Shown piece after piece: positions 9,210 to 23,197 of a DNA stretch of 50,229 bases (position 1 is its first letter; the number at the start of each line of letters is the position of its first letter). This DNA comes from a candidate division WOR-3 bacterium (GTDB lineage Bacteria > Hydrothermota > Hydrothermia > B15-G9 > WFZT01), in the NCBI GenBank assembly GCA_027053075.1, contig JALUEE010000040.1:1-50229 (forward strand), written 5' to 3'. The translations under genes and the position numbers were made by a program. The notes beneath the pieces are model-generated. The model had not been told where the DNA came from and did not search any database. It worked only from the letters and a program-made list of their open reading frames with translations.

Positions 9210-9695
9210 CAGAAAGAGACCTGGAAAAGTTTATGGATGACAGTTGTGTAAATATCAGCCACTGCTCTCTTTATCCCATCGTCCTCAGTTTCTGAATTCA
9301 CATCAAATGTCCCGTTCCCCACGTAAGTTGCCTCTGGCATATAATCCTTGTTTTTGACCTTATCGAAAAACTTGAGCTCAAGCTTGATTGTCACATTGTA
9401 GCTTTCAATGTTACCTGCGGCATCAAATTTAAACGGCGTTTTCTGGTAATCCACCACACTTCCTGTGATTATCATACCCGCCTTTTCGTCGGATACGAGC
9501 TGGAATCTCCCGTCTTTCCTCATCTGATCAATAAAGTACTGCGTGACCCGGTTCTCAAGCCCATACATCAGGGTTTTGTTCTCAAAAACATGCACGGATA
9601 CTTTCTTCAAATAGCCCGGGAAATATCCACTAAACGAATAGGTGCAGGCCGAAACTATTAAAATGACCGGGAGAATAAACCAGCTTCTTTTCACT

Positions 9696-9712
<17 letters not shown>
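9209..9712 (-). CDS. lptE: LptE-family LPS-assembly lipoprotein (true start may be GTG at 9694)
   Basis: Lipobox VSAC followed by YSF; VxVxxFENKT motif typical of LptE-like proteins. Confidence 0.7.
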
Positions 9713-13108
<3,396 letters not shown>

Positions 13109-13112
<4 letters not shown>

Positions 13113-14143
13113 ACCTTTCCTGATACTGTTTGATTTAACTCAATGACATGAAAACCTTCGATTTTCCGCACAGAGGAAATGATTACCTGGCCGCTCAGAT
13201 GGGAAACTACCCTTGAAATCAACTCGTCACCAAGGACACTCATTGGCTCGTCAAGGATCAATACAGGCAGCTCTCCGAGCCGATCTCCAATTATTTCGCG
13301 CTCGGTGAGGAAAAGACCGATGAGTATGAGTCTTTTCTGCCCTTCAGAGGCAGCCGCCACGGCAGGATACCCCTGAAAATTTATAGTTATCTTATCCCTG
13401 TGTGGACCGACAAGTGAGAAACCGTTCCGCTTCTCCTCTTCAAAATCCTCTCTTGTATAGTTTTTGAATCCATCGAGTGAGGGCTCGTAGCTAAAATTCA
13501 CGTTCCCGTCGAGCCCGAGCTCGCGTAATCTGACATTCAATATATTTTCAATCATTTTGAGAAATCGCTCCCTCGAGGCAACGAGCCTTTCACCAATTTC
13601 ATAAAGCTTGAGATTCCATGGAATCACGTGTTCCATAATGGGATTTTTCTTAAGAAGGGCATTCTTCTCTTTAAGTGCCTTTTTGTAACTCATCAAAAGC
13701 TGGTAATATGCTGGGTCAAAGAAACTTCCAAAATAGTCAATATTTTTTCGGCGTGCTTCTGGTGGCCCATCGACAATTTCCTGATCCTTTGAAGTGACAA
13801 CCAGTGTAATAAAGGTATCAAAAATTTCGGCAAATGAATCAACGCGCTTTTCATCAATTAGATAGTTCTTTTTACCCTCGTAATAGTGAACCTCAAGCGT
13901 ATGCCTGGTAAATCCATTCTCAACTATTCCCTTTATATCGAAGCCAGTCTCCCCCCACCTTATGAGCCCTGAGTCTTTAACACCCCTGAAGGAACGTGGG
14001 ACCGAGAGATAAGCAATCCCTTCAAGCAGATTGGTCTTACCCACCCCGTTGGGGCCAACGACAAGGTTAAGCCCGGGCTCAAACTCAAATAGCACGTCCG
14101 AGTAGTTTCTAAAATTATGGAGATACAGTTGGAAGATATTCAT
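13109..14143 (-). CDS. recF: DNA replication/repair protein RecF
   Basis: NFRNY, GPNGVGKTNLLE, RSFR, GPHRD, ASEGQ, LILDE; start set at ATG 14143 because the ORF-track extension overlaps the promoter. Confidence 0.92.
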
Positions 14144-14156
14144 AAGTTGCGACACA

Positions 14157-14185
14157 ATTATAACTCCAAAACCTATCAGTTTCAA
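14157..14185 (-). promoter_or_regulatory. sigma70 promoter of the recF-gyrB operon
   Basis: TTGAAA-17-TATAAT, 13 nt before the ATG, no SD. Confidence 0.75.
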
Positions 14186-14503
14186 CCAATTTCAAACAAA
14201 ATTTTCGGCTTTTTGTTCTAAATGAGAAATTAATTTTCGTATTGATTTTATTCTGAATAGAAACCAGGAAATTGGATGGTCAAAGAATATTGAATGATGC
14301 ACTATAGAGGCCCCCTTAAGAAAACCGGTCTCCACATTTCAACTCCAAAATTTCAAAAAGGCGGGGTGGCAGGATTCGTTGTGTGAAGGTGATTTTTCAG
14401 CGAAAAACGCTGAAAATACATAAGGTATGGCCGATGGGGTTCTCCATCCAGATTTTCTTTGTGCTTGTTTAATCAAATTGCTCTGATATATAATTGTTCT
14501 GTC

Positions 14504-15070
14504 ATGCGAACTATTTTGAAATCAGATAAGGGATTTACGTTGGTTGAGCTAATCATTGTTGTTGCCATTATTTCATTACTGGCCGCCATTGCCATTCCCC
14601 AATACAGAAAATTCCAGCTGCGGGCAAAGGTTAGCGAGGCCAAGATCAATGTTAGAGCGATACGCAATTTAGAAGAGGCCTATGCCGCTGAACACGGGGT
14701 CTATGTGGCTTGTGCATCCACTCCACCATCCACACCATCGCCTAAAAAACGCGACTGGCCTGACCTGCCTGAGAATGCAGGATTCAACCTCATCGGGTTC
14801 AAACCAGCAGGAAAGGTGTATTTTACATATGCTGTTAGACTCGGGAACACTGGAAGAATGCACGGTGGAATAAACTACTCAAAGAACGGCAAAATGTATG
14901 CAAATGGGAGCTATACAAATGTAGCTGAGGCCCGCTATGGAATCACTGACATCACCATTTATGCAACTGGGGATCTTGATGGCGACCACAACTTTGCAAC
15001 TTTCTACACGACAGATGAAGAAACAGAGATATTTCCCTACCCACCGGGTGCCGGAACATCTGTATTTTAA
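14504..15070 (+). CDS. Type IV pilin (PilA/PilE-like)
   Basis: Class III signal KG/FTLVELIIVVAIISLLAAIAIPQY...KVSEAK; C-terminal ATGDLDGD; start set at ATG 14504. Confidence 0.9.
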   Translation: MRTILKSDKGFTLVELIIVVAIISLLAAIAIPQYRKFQLRAKVSEAKINVRAIRNLEEAYAAEHGVYVACASTPPSTPSPKKRDWPDLPENAGFNLIGFKPAGKVYFTYAVRLGNTGRMHGGINYSKNGKMYANGSYTNVAEARYGITDITIYATGDLDGDHNFATFYTTDEETEIFPYPPGAGTSVF

Positions 15071-15320
15071 CCCCGTAAGGTATTAGATTTCCCTTTGAGA
15101 GTTGAGAACTTTAGCCTTTGTCCACACCCATAGTGCGAGGTGAAGGGAGATTCCCCTAAATTGCTCAAAACTCTGAGGTTTCTTTAGCATACTGATCGGG
15201 CGGAGAAGAAGTGATTCACGAATGGACAGTCTGCATTATTGCCTAATGATTTCTCAATAACGTTCCTAAACGCCATTTTTCTTTAATCTAAAACTTAATC
15301 TTTACGGGTTGGGTTTAAGT

Positions 15321-15560
15321 CAGAGTGTTCGAAAATGTTTCCCCTGTTTATCTTTTAGCTGGGGTGAACAGAGTTAGGAGAAAAGCGATGGATTCGTAAA
15401 TTACGGATTCCGTATTCTCCAATTAGGGCATAACAAGTTTCAAAACTCCCTCCCTCCCTTAGGAGGGGGAATTTATCGACTGGTTTGCGATTATCAATGA
15501 GGTTACGTGTATCCGTTGTGGAAAGTGGTAACTAAAATTTAGGATTTTTCGAACAAGCTT
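15321..15560. mobile_element. MITE, 240-bp variant of the TGTTCGAAAA family
   Basis: Ends CAGAGTGTTCGAAAA / TTTTCGAACAAGCTT; flanking 9-mers GGTTTAAGT / GGTTTAAAT. Confidence 0.7.
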
Positions 15561-15590
15561 GGTTTAAATTGGCTTGGACTTGAATTGGTG

Positions 15591-16484
15591 CTATGGAATT
15601 TTTCTTTCCTCCTTGAGTCTCTCCACCACCTGCCTGAGTCTTAGTGGATAGTCAGTAAAAATGCCATCAACTCCCATCCTGACAAGCTTGACCATTTGTT
15701 CAATCCGGTCAACTGTCCAGATATGGACTACAAGGCCCTTTCGATGAGCAGCCTTCACAAATCCCGGGGACACAACGGTGAGTTTTCCAAATTTTATAGG
15801 AACCTGAAGGGCATCACCTCCAGGTCTGTACAATCCAGTTAAGGCGAGTTTCTGTAGTATGTAGAAAATAAAAGCCTCCCTCTCAGATAGCCCTGTTGCC
15901 ACCTCTGGGGCCTCTTTTCTGAATCTCGATATGGCCTTGTGGGAGAAAGAGGACACGATGGTGAGATTCTCTCTGTGGTACTTTCTGATCAAATCAGCAA
16001 GCTTCTTCTCAATTCCCCTGCCGGATTTCTTGATCTCAATGTTTATTATGACTCCTGGAAACTTCTGGAAAACCTCTTCGAGCGTGAGGATTTTTAGTCC
16101 TTTGCCCCTGAATGGGTAGGTTTCGCCATCCTTCGTGAACCAGTAGCCGGCATCTAATTTTTTTAATTCGGCGAGGGTCAAATCTTCGATTTGACCCTCG
16201 CCGTCCGTCGTCCTCGATACATCACTGTCATGGAACACCACAATGACCGAATCCCTGGTCATGTGGATGTCAAGCTCCAGTGCATTTGCACCTTCTTCCA
16301 AAGCATACTTGAACGCCGGAAGAGTACTTTCGGGATATTCCCCACTCGCTCCACGATGCGCAAAAATTATGAATTTGTGGTTCTTGAAAATGGGCTTTGG
16401 CTCCTTTTTTGTGTAGCCAGAAAGAGAGATCGAGAAAATCTGAAGGACAATATAAAAGACGACAACACCGATTAAAAATCTCAT
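15591..16484 (-). CDS. Glycerophosphodiester phosphodiesterase
   Basis: FAHRGASG..PESTL, ELDIH, VVFHD, NIEIK, WTVD, GVDGIFTDYP; N-terminal membrane anchor. Confidence 0.92.
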   Translation of the reverse strand: MRFLIGVVVFYIVLQIFSISLSGYTKKEPKPIFKNHKFIIFAHRGASGEYPESTLPAFKYALEEGANALELDIHMTRDSVIVVFHDSDVSRTTDGEGQIEDLTLAELKKLDAGYWFTKDGETYPFRGKGLKILTLEEVFQKFPGVIINIEIKKSGRGIEKKLADLIRKYHRENLTIVSSFSHKAISRFRKEAPEVATGLSEREAFIFYILQKLALTGLYRPGGDALQVPIKFGKLTVVSPGFVKAAHRKGLVVHIWTVDRIEQMVKLVRMGVDGIFTDYPLRLRQVVERLKEERKIP

Positions 16485-16891
16485 ATTTCCTTGTAAATAC
16501 GACCAAGAGAGTGCCCGGGCATACTGATTTCAATATCTAAAAAATACCCGAATGGGGTCTCATAAACCTCGTACCCAACATTCTCAAGACGTTCGTGTGC
16601 CCTTCTCAGCACCTCCCTTGAAAACTCCGGAGAAGCCTTGCTCTTTGAAAGATGTGCAAATGAGTGGAGAAGTACCCTTTTTGTGCCAATCTTGCCGCAG
16701 AGCCATTTGATATTCTTAATGAGGTTTGTCACAACCTTTCCACTCCTCTCCTCGTCCTCTTGCTCTACATGAATAAAGGCCATGACAAGGTCATGGATTT
16801 CGCGGGATTCAGGCTCTGGGTCAGGATTATCAAGACCCTTTTGGGCAGGCCTGTAGGCAACTCTATTGGCATGAACCAGAACTACTCTCAT
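16481..16891 (-). CDS. Free-standing archaeal-type threonyl-tRNA synthetase editing domain (DTD-like fold)
   Basis: MRVVLVH, AFIHVE..DE, FAHLS, PFGY and GH motifs are colinear with archaeal ThrRS N-terminal editing domains. Confidence 0.85.
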   Translation of the reverse strand: MRVVLVHANRVAYRPAQKGLDNPDPEPESREIHDLVMAFIHVEQEDEERSGKVVTNLIKNIKWLCGKIGTKRVLLHSFAHLSKSKASPEFSREVLRRAHERLENVGYEVYETPFGYFLDIEISMPGHSLGRIYKEI

Positions 16892-17780
16892 CTGTCACTC
16901 CTTCCTTGATTTTAACCAAATTATATAATGCCTCATTGGCTGGTATATCAACTCCCAGCCTTCCCGCAAGCCCCACGATGTAGCCTGAAATGTAGTCATT
17001 TTCGGTTCTTCTGCCATTCTCAATATCCTGGAGCATGGATGAGCGATTGCTTCGGGTCTTCTGAAGAACCTCAGTAACGAGCCCAAGCGGGTCTCCCGTG
17101 GTTAATTCTATGGAAAGAAGCCTGGTAAGTGCCACGATTTCATCCACGGTTTTTCTCACTATTCTAAAATTCCCGGGACGTAGTAACTCACCATTCTGGA
17201 CTTCTAAAATGGCACTCAGTGGGTTGACCGCTGCATTGATCAGAGCCTTGGTCCAGAGAATAGACTTATACGAGGGATGAAATTTGATAAAAGGCAACTT
17301 CAAAATTCCGGGCAGTGATGTTCCTTCCTCAAAGGGAGCGACAAGGGTTTCCCCTTCAATGGATGCAACAACTGTTTTGGTATGAGATTCTCTGTATCCT
17401 CCAAGTGTCGTAACCCCAAAGAACACTTCTTCCCTCTCGTGCATATATTTTGAAACAATCTCCACATGCTTGAGACCGTTCTGGAGGAAAAGGTAATGAT
17501 TAGCATTGAGCCTGCCCAATAGGGCCTTCAGGGCACATTCAAGCTGATAGGATTTTGTGGTGAAAACAGCGAGGTCATAGTCTTTTTCCGCAGAGAAAAT
17601 CTCGGGATTTAGCGTTTCTTCACTTCCATCAGGCAAAACGAGTGTGAGCCCCTCGGTTTTAATTTGTTCAAGTCGGGACGATGATGAGTGATACACAGAA
17701 ATCTCACTTCCTGAGCGGAAAAAAAGGAGAGCAAAAATTGAGCCTATGGCACCGGGACCTACAATCAGAACTCTTGGCAT
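16863..17780 (-). CDS. panE: 2-dehydropantoate 2-reductase
   Basis: GPGAIG, TTKSY, LQNG, WTKALINAAVNP, SSMLQD..GRRTE. Confidence 0.9.
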   Translation of the reverse strand: MPRVLIVGPGAIGSIFALLFFRSGSEISVYHSSSSRLEQIKTEGLTLVLPDGSEETLNPEIFSAEKDYDLAVFTTKSYQLECALKALLGRLNANHYLFLQNGLKHVEIVSKYMHEREEVFFGVTTLGGYRESHTKTVVASIEGETLVAPFEEGTSLPGILKLPFIKFHPSYKSILWTKALINAAVNPLSAILEVQNGELLRPGNFRIVRKTVDEIVALTRLLSIELTTGDPLGLVTEVLQKTRSNRSSMLQDIENGRRTENDYISGYIVGLAGRLGVDIPANEALYNLVKIKEGVTDESSSGSCQ

Positions 17781-17781
17781 A

Positions 17782-19236
17782 CTATTCAGAAATTGATTTG
17801 AATATTTCCATGCCTCTTTCCTGTGGGGGCTTCGTCACAAGAGAAAGAACGATAAAGACTAAGCTTGCCACTACCAGTCCCCAGATTGCCGGATGCCATC
17901 CGTAAAGCTTCACATGCAGATGGAAGAATTTGAGTAGAACCAGAACAGCGACCCCGGAAATCATGGACCAAAGTGCAGCCGGGGCTGTTGCCCTCTTCCA
18001 GTAAAGAGCACCGATCACAGCAGGCAAAATCTGAAGTGTCCCGGCAAAGGAAAGGATTGAGAGCTGAACAATGAGCTTTGGCGGATTGAGTGAGATAAAG
18101 AAGATGATCACTGAGAGTATGATCACAACGAGCCTGTTTATCATGAGTTTCTTTTTCATGGTCAGGTCAGGGGATTTCTCCAGCACGATATCCCGCGTAA
18201 AAAGGGCCGAAAGCACTAATAGCTGGGAATCTATGGTTGAAAGTGCCGCAGCAAACACTGCCATGATGCCAAATATCATCAGGGCCGGCGAGAGCTCAGA
18301 AAGCACCTTCCCGAGTACCATATCACCACTTTTTAAGTGAGGCCAGACATAGGCGGCACCAATGCCGAGGATGAGGGACGGGAAAAGGACAAATGAGGCA
18401 AAAGCCGCTATTCCGATCATGGATTTTCTGAGGGTTTCCACATCTTTTGCGATAAAGTATCGGGTTGTGAGCTGAAACTGAGTGGCAGGCATGGCAAAGA
18501 TCATGATAAAGAATGAAATCAGCATGGGGGTGGTGAAGAGCCCTTTTGGACCGGGTATGGTGAGGAGCTCCTTTTTGACAGAATAAACCTGGTGGAACAT
18601 ATTTGACAGGGAGCCGAAGTGCTTTGAAAGAAACCAGAAGCTCACGGCGTAGGCTCCGACAAAAAGAGTCAGACCGAGTATGGCATCAGTCCAGGCCACA
18701 GCCCTCATTCCACCGGTTTCAATGTAGATATAGGTCGCAATGAGAGCAATAATAAGTCCCACAAGATATGGTATCCCCGCAGCGCTCTCTAAAAGTTTTG
18801 CGATTCCAATAGCCTGAATGGACATGTACGGCAGGAGAAAGGCAAACTCAATTAATACGACCACTACAAGGGTTGTGTATGATTCGTAGCGTTCACCTAA
18901 AAACTGTGCTGGAGTAACAAAGTGGAATTTCTTCCCTACCTTCCAGATTCTGTAACCTACAAGGGGGACCATGAGGGCCATAAATGTGTCAACCACAGCG
19001 ATAAATATCCACGAGCCAATTCCGTGAGTGTAGAAAAACCCGGGCATACCAACAAGAGTGAAAGCGGAAAACAGGGTGGCACTAAAGGTGAGAAAGGTAA
19101 TTATCCAGCCTATATTTCTACCGGCTACATAAAACTCTTCAATATTCTTTCTGGAAACAGATTTAGCTCTGTATGAGACCCACGCGCTGATTGCTATTAA
19201 AATAACAATTGCCAGAACTGCATAAAAGGTAATCAT
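17782..19236 (-). CDS. Sodium:solute symporter (PanF/PutP family)
   Basis: EFYVAGR, SAFTLVGMPG, GGMRAVAWTD, AAALSTIDSQL; many TM segments. Confidence 0.9.
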   Translation of the reverse strand: MITFYAVLAIVILIAISAWVSYRAKSVSRKNIEEFYVAGRNIGWIITFLTFSATLFSAFTLVGMPGFFYTHGIGSWIFIAVVDTFMALMVPLVGYRIWKVGKKFHFVTPAQFLGERYESYTTLVVVVLIEFAFLLPYMSIQAIGIAKLLESAAGIPYLVGLIIALIATYIYIETGGMRAVAWTDAILGLTLFVGAYAVSFWFLSKHFGSLSNMFHQVYSVKKELLTIPGPKGLFTTPMLISFFIMIFAMPATQFQLTTRYFIAKDVETLRKSMIGIAAFASFVLFPSLILGIGAAYVWPHLKSGDMVLGKVLSELSPALMIFGIMAVFAAALSTIDSQLLVLSALFTRDIVLEKSPDLTMKKKLMINRLVVIILSVIIFFISLNPPKLIVQLSILSFAGTLQILPAVIGALYWKRATAPAALWSMISGVAVLVLLKFFHLHVKLYGWHPAIWGLVVASLVFIVLSLVTKPPQERGMEIFKSISE

Positions 19237-19418
19237 TTCTTGCCCTCCGGATTCCAGATTTTTGCGTAGATGATCACGGAAACGAGAAGAATAAGTGTAA
19301 GGACAAGCATCCAGAAAAGGTCATAGGGCATTCCCCATATAAAAGGCTTAATCTTATGGGGCTTAATGATTATGGGAAGATAAATCAATAACCAGATAAT
19401 AACGAAAATCCAAGCCAT
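19233..19418 (-). CDS. Small two-TM accessory protein of the SSS transporter
   Basis: PFIWGMP..LFW motif; overlaps the symporter start; SD GGGAGG before ATG 19418. Confidence 0.7.
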   Translation of the reverse strand: MAWIFVIIWLLIYLPIIIKPHKIKPFIWGMPYDLFWMLVLTLILLVSVIIYAKIWNPEGKK

Positions 19419-19495
19419 AATCAACCTCCCTGGTGAATTTTTTGAGGATTTATGTATATTTTATCCCAAACACATAATTTTGTCACTGAAATTGG

Positions 19496-19985
19496 GGGCT
19501 TGGTCGAAAAATCTGAATCAAAGGATGAAAGGAAAGGGGGCACATCGGAAATTTTTTATTAAATCTCTCCCTTTACAAGGCAAGATTGTGATGAGGGCCT
19601 TCATCTTAAATTTTTAACATTATAAGCGGAATCCCCTCACCCTGCACCCTCTCCCACAAAAGAAGTTTGTGGGAGAGGGAAATGCTTTTTACTCCAACAG
19701 CCAAAACTTAGAAAAAATGTGTTTAAGTCTGCTAACAAAAATTTCCTCTTTCCCGCACAAATTCATTGCGGATAGAGTTTAGGTGAGCACTACATCTGAC
19801 AATTGCTAATAGAAAAACTTCACCTCCCCTCTCCCGCTTTGCGTGAGAGGGGGTGAGGGCTCACATCTAAAAATTTTACAAAAATTCAAAAAACCTCGTG
19901 AATTGGCTTTGCACCGCAATATATCACTTGCTTTGCAGGTGTTGTACGTGAAAATTTAGTGACTTAGGATTTTTCGAGCATGCTA
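19496..19985. mobile_element. Degenerate ~490-bp MITE carrying several REP-like hairpins
   Basis: Ends GGGCTTGGTCGAAAA / TTTTCGAGCATGCTA; internal hairpins near 19633-19680, 19744-19790, 19820-19860; no clear TSD. Confidence 0.55.
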
Positions 19986-20029
19986 ATATTTTAGTTGATT
20001 TTGAGATTTGGCTATATTAAAATCTCGTC

Positions 20030-20569
20030 ATGATAAACTTCTTATTGCTTCTCACGATAGCTCAATCTGGTTTCACAATTGAGTTTCCTATTATAGGAAT
20101 CCAATTTCCTGCCAATTTTCTGAGTGACCCGGTTGTGGGGAATGCCTATCCTGTCAAATTACTGGATTACAGTTTCCTCCGGGGCTCCGAGACTCAATTC
20201 CAGAGGATGTCAGTTATGGGTGAGTGGAAGGTCACGTCCTGGGGCATGGGCTTGAGAGGAGAGGCAGGAGTGGCAAACATTGTTTATTTTGACGATGAGG
20301 AAAAGAGGACTTTGCCAGTGCTCGATGCTGGAATTTTCTGGTTTCATTCATGGGAAAGGGTCAATCTTAAGGTTTCAATTGCTGCCGGGATACCGGAATT
20401 ACTCCTTCCCTCTGTTACACTGGGGCTAAAAATGGGAGGAATTGAGAGAATCAGTCTGAAGATCGGACTAATATCCTCCCTCACCCTGCATCTTGGGATA
20501 TTTGATTTTGCAGTTATGGGAGGGGGAGTTGATCCAGGCTTAGGGATAGCAGGTGGTTTAAGATTGTAA
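20030..20569 (+). CDS. Hypothetical exported or outer-membrane protein
   Basis: Short signal-like N-terminus, amphipathic strand-like segments; TTGATT-17-TAAAAT promoter 6 nt upstream. Confidence 0.65.
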   Translation: MINFLLLLTIAQSGFTIEFPIIGIQFPANFLSDPVVGNAYPVKLLDYSFLRGSETQFQRMSVMGEWKVTSWGMGLRGEAGVANIVYFDDEEKRTLPVLDAGIFWFHSWERVNLKVSIAAGIPELLLPSVTLGLKMGGIERISLKIGLISSLTLHLGIFDFAVMGGGVDPGLGIAGGLRL

Positions 20570-20666
20570 ATTCACACTTCTTTGAGTCCCGATGATTATT
20601 TCTCCCATATGAGCCAATTCGTGTTACTTAATCACAAAGGATTTTTCATCCGAAAAAACTTTTGGA

Positions 20667-20701
20667 GAGTGGGGGCGCGCACGAAGTGCGCGCCCCCACT
20701 C
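20667..20701. terminator. Perfect 16-bp hairpin between convergent genes
   Basis: GAGTGGGGGCGCGCAC-GAA-GTGCGCGCCCCCACTC. Confidence 0.65.
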
Positions 20702-20705
20702 ATCC

Positions 20706-21728
20706 CTACTTCTTCTTTAATTCCTCAACTTTCTGAACAATCGCTCTGCCCATATCCGTGGTAGAAGCATCACCTCCAAGGTCACGGGTCTTTACCTTAC
20801 CCTCACTCAAAACAGCCTCAATTGCCTTTCTTATCAAATTTGCAGCCTCTGTCTCACCGATCCAGTCAAGCATCAGAGCACCTGCAAGGGTAATGGCTAT
20901 TGGATTTGCTATATTTTTACCTGCAATATCAGGGGCACTTCCATGAACAGCCTCGAATACAGCAATTTCATCTCCAATGTTTGCACCGGGGGCAAGGCCA
21001 AGTCCTCCCACAAGCCCGGCCGCGAGATCGGAGAATATGTCACCATAAAGATTTTCCGTCAAAAGAATGTCAAACTGTGAAGGATTCATTACCATCTGCA
21101 TGGCTGCATTATCAACTATCAGCTCGTTAAACTCGATTTCGGGATGCTTGACTGCCTCCTCCCTGACCGTTTTAAGGAAAAGCCCGTCGGAGAGTTTCAT
21201 TATGTTTGCCTTGTGGACAGCGGTAACCTTCTTCCTTCCCCATTTTTCTGCAACTGAGTAGGCAAATTTTGCGATTCTTCGAGAGGCTCTTTCTGTTATA
21301 ATTTTCAGGCTTTCGACTACACCGGGAACCACAATATGCTCAAGTCCAGAGTAAAGGTCTTCGGTATTTTCTCTCACAATGATTATGTCAATACCATCAA
21401 ATGGTGTCTCTATGCCGGGGAATTTTCTAATTGGCCTTAAATTCGCATATAGGTCAAGGGCTTTTCTAATTCTCAAATTAACACTCTGGTAACCACCACC
21501 CACTGGAGTTGTAAGAGGACCTTTGAGTGCAATCTTAAACTTTCTAATTGCAGCGAGGGTTTCATGTGGTAGAGAATCCCCAAATTCGCACAGGGCTGAT
21601 TCACCAGCGTAAGCTTCGTGCCATTTTATTTCGACACCTGTCGATTCAATAACCTCAACGGAGACTCTTGTAATTTCCGGCCCAATACCGTCACCTGGAA
21701 TTAAAACAATTTCATGCTTTTTTGCCAT
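20706..21728 (-). CDS. icd: Isocitrate/isopropylmalate dehydrogenase family protein (probably NAD-dependent IDH)
   Basis: PGDGIGPE, KGPLTTP..SVN..IR, RENTED, HKANIMK, NLYGDIFSD, FEAVHGSAPDIAG. Confidence 0.8.
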   Translation of the reverse strand: MAKKHEIVLIPGDGIGPEITRVSVEVIESTGVEIKWHEAYAGESALCEFGDSLPHETLAAIRKFKIALKGPLTTPVGGGYQSVNLRIRKALDLYANLRPIRKFPGIETPFDGIDIIIVRENTEDLYSGLEHIVVPGVVESLKIITERASRRIAKFAYSVAEKWGRKKVTAVHKANIMKLSDGLFLKTVREEAVKHPEIEFNELIVDNAAMQMVMNPSQFDILLTENLYGDIFSDLAAGLVGGLGLAPGANIGDEIAVFEAVHGSAPDIAGKNIANPIAITLAGALMLDWIGETEAANLIRKAIEAVLSEGKVKTRDLGGDASTTDMGRAIVQKVEELKKK

Positions 21729-22012
21729 TTTAATCTCCTCCTTTGACTTTTAATATAACCGAGCCGGTTGAATTTTACAAATTCGCTGGAGAAAATTCAA
21801 AATGAGCTGATCTGAGGCTTTCACCAGATTAGACTATTAGTCCCGCACGAAAATCGACATGGCGGGCTTTTAATCTCGAAAACTTATACCCTACACTCCG
21901 GCTGTGGGTTTTCATTTCAAACTTTTTGCAGACAAATTTAATTTCAAATTTAAAACATCTGTGCTTGAAAAATTTTCCACCATGTCTTATACTGAATTTA
22001 TAGGAGGCACTT

Positions 22013-23197
22013 ATGATCCTTGAATCATCCGTTTACAAAGAAATCTTCGGACCACTGATTGTTCACGAAGCTCAGAAGGTCATTAAATTTGACACGGAGA
22101 CAGAGGTTGTTCAAAGTTCCCTCGTTAACAACATCCCGAGGGAAGAAATTTATAATGTTTTAAAAGATCTTGCCATTGTTATTCCATTAAAAAATGAAAA
22201 ACTACACCTTCTCGATGGGGTTTTAAAAGCCATCCCTCATAAATGCCCCATTATAGTTGTCTCTGCAAGCCAGAGAGATATTCCCAACCACTATAAAATG
22301 GAGATTGAGCTTATCAAGCACTACTACTCCCTCACCCATTCTCAGGTGATGATCATCCATCAGAAAGACATTGGTGCATCCGAGGCCTTTAAGGAGCAGG
22401 GGTACTTTGACATCATCGATGAAAATGACGGTCTTATAAGATACGGAAAGGGTGAGGGGATGCTCCTTGGGGTGATGCTTGCCAAGGCTATTGGTGCCAA
22501 ATACGTGGGTTTTATCGATGCTGATAACTACATTCCCGGGTCGGTCAACGAATACGTAAAGGACTACGCAGCAGGGATTTTGATGAGCGAAAGCGACTAT
22601 ACCATGGTCCGCTTAAAATGGAGGCACAAACCCAAGGTGATGCAGAGGGGACTTTATTTCAGAAGACGCGGCCGGGTGAGCGAAATAACCAATAAATACC
22701 TGAACCTTCTCGTGGCCGACCGGACCGGATTCGAAACGGATATATTCGTAACGGGTAACGCAGGTGAGCATGCCATGTCTATGAAACTTGCCGATATCAT
22801 GTCTTTTTCGGCTGGGTATTCTGTGGAGACCCACCAGCTTGTTTTCCTTCTCGATAAGATGACCCATCCAAACGAGCCAGAGAAATACAAAGACGTCTAT
22901 GACCAGGGCATTGAAATATTCCAGATTGAAACGCTAAATCCGCATATTCATGAAGAGAAAGGGACAGAGCATATCAACGAAATGATCCTTGTTTCACTTG
23001 CCGAAATCTATCACTGTGAGCTTTGCACCGATAATGTGAAAAAGAGAATCCTCGACGAATTGTACTCCAGGAAAATCCTTAACAAGGGGGAAATTCCTCC
23101 AAAGCCACACTCAATGTCACCTATTGGTGGGCTTGACATCAAAAAGTGGTTTGCAAAACTAAAAAAGAAATCCGACACCCTTGTGACCCTTAAATGA
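22013..23197 (+). CDS. mpgS: Mannosyl-3-phosphoglycerate synthase
   Basis: GT55 motifs [53 protein letters not shown]-17-TATACT promoter and AGGAGG SD. Confidence 0.93.
   Translation: MILESSVYKEIFGPLIVHEAQKVIKFDTETEVVQSSLVNNIPREEIYNVLKDLAIVIPLKNEKLHLLDGVLKAIPHKCPIIVVSASQRDIPNHYKMEIELIKHYYSLTHSQVMIIHQKDIGASEAFKEQGYFDIIDENDGLIRYGKGEGMLLGVMLAKAIGAKYVGFIDADNYIPGSVNEYVKDYAAGILMSESDYTMVRLKWRHKPKVMQRGLYFRRRGRVSEITNKYLNLLVADRTGFETDIFVTGNAGEHAMSMKLADIMSFSAGYSVETHQLVFLLDKMTHPNEPEKYKDVYDQGIEIFQIETLNPHIHEEKGTEHINEMILVSLAEIYHCELCTDNVKKRILDELYSRKILNKGEIPPKPHSMSPIGGLDIKKWFAKLKKKSDTLVTLK

Noticed and set aside
14186..14500. oriC next to recF/gyrB
   Set aside because: No cluster of TTATCCACA-like boxes, and dnaA/dnaN are absent
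19496..19985. Possible CRISPR array among the clustered palindromes
   Set aside because: Repeats vary in length, orientation and spacing, and there are no cas genes in the window
21729..22012. Riboswitch upstream of mpgS or icd
   Set aside because: Small stems only, no recognisable aptamer core; the mpgS promoter sits right before the SD
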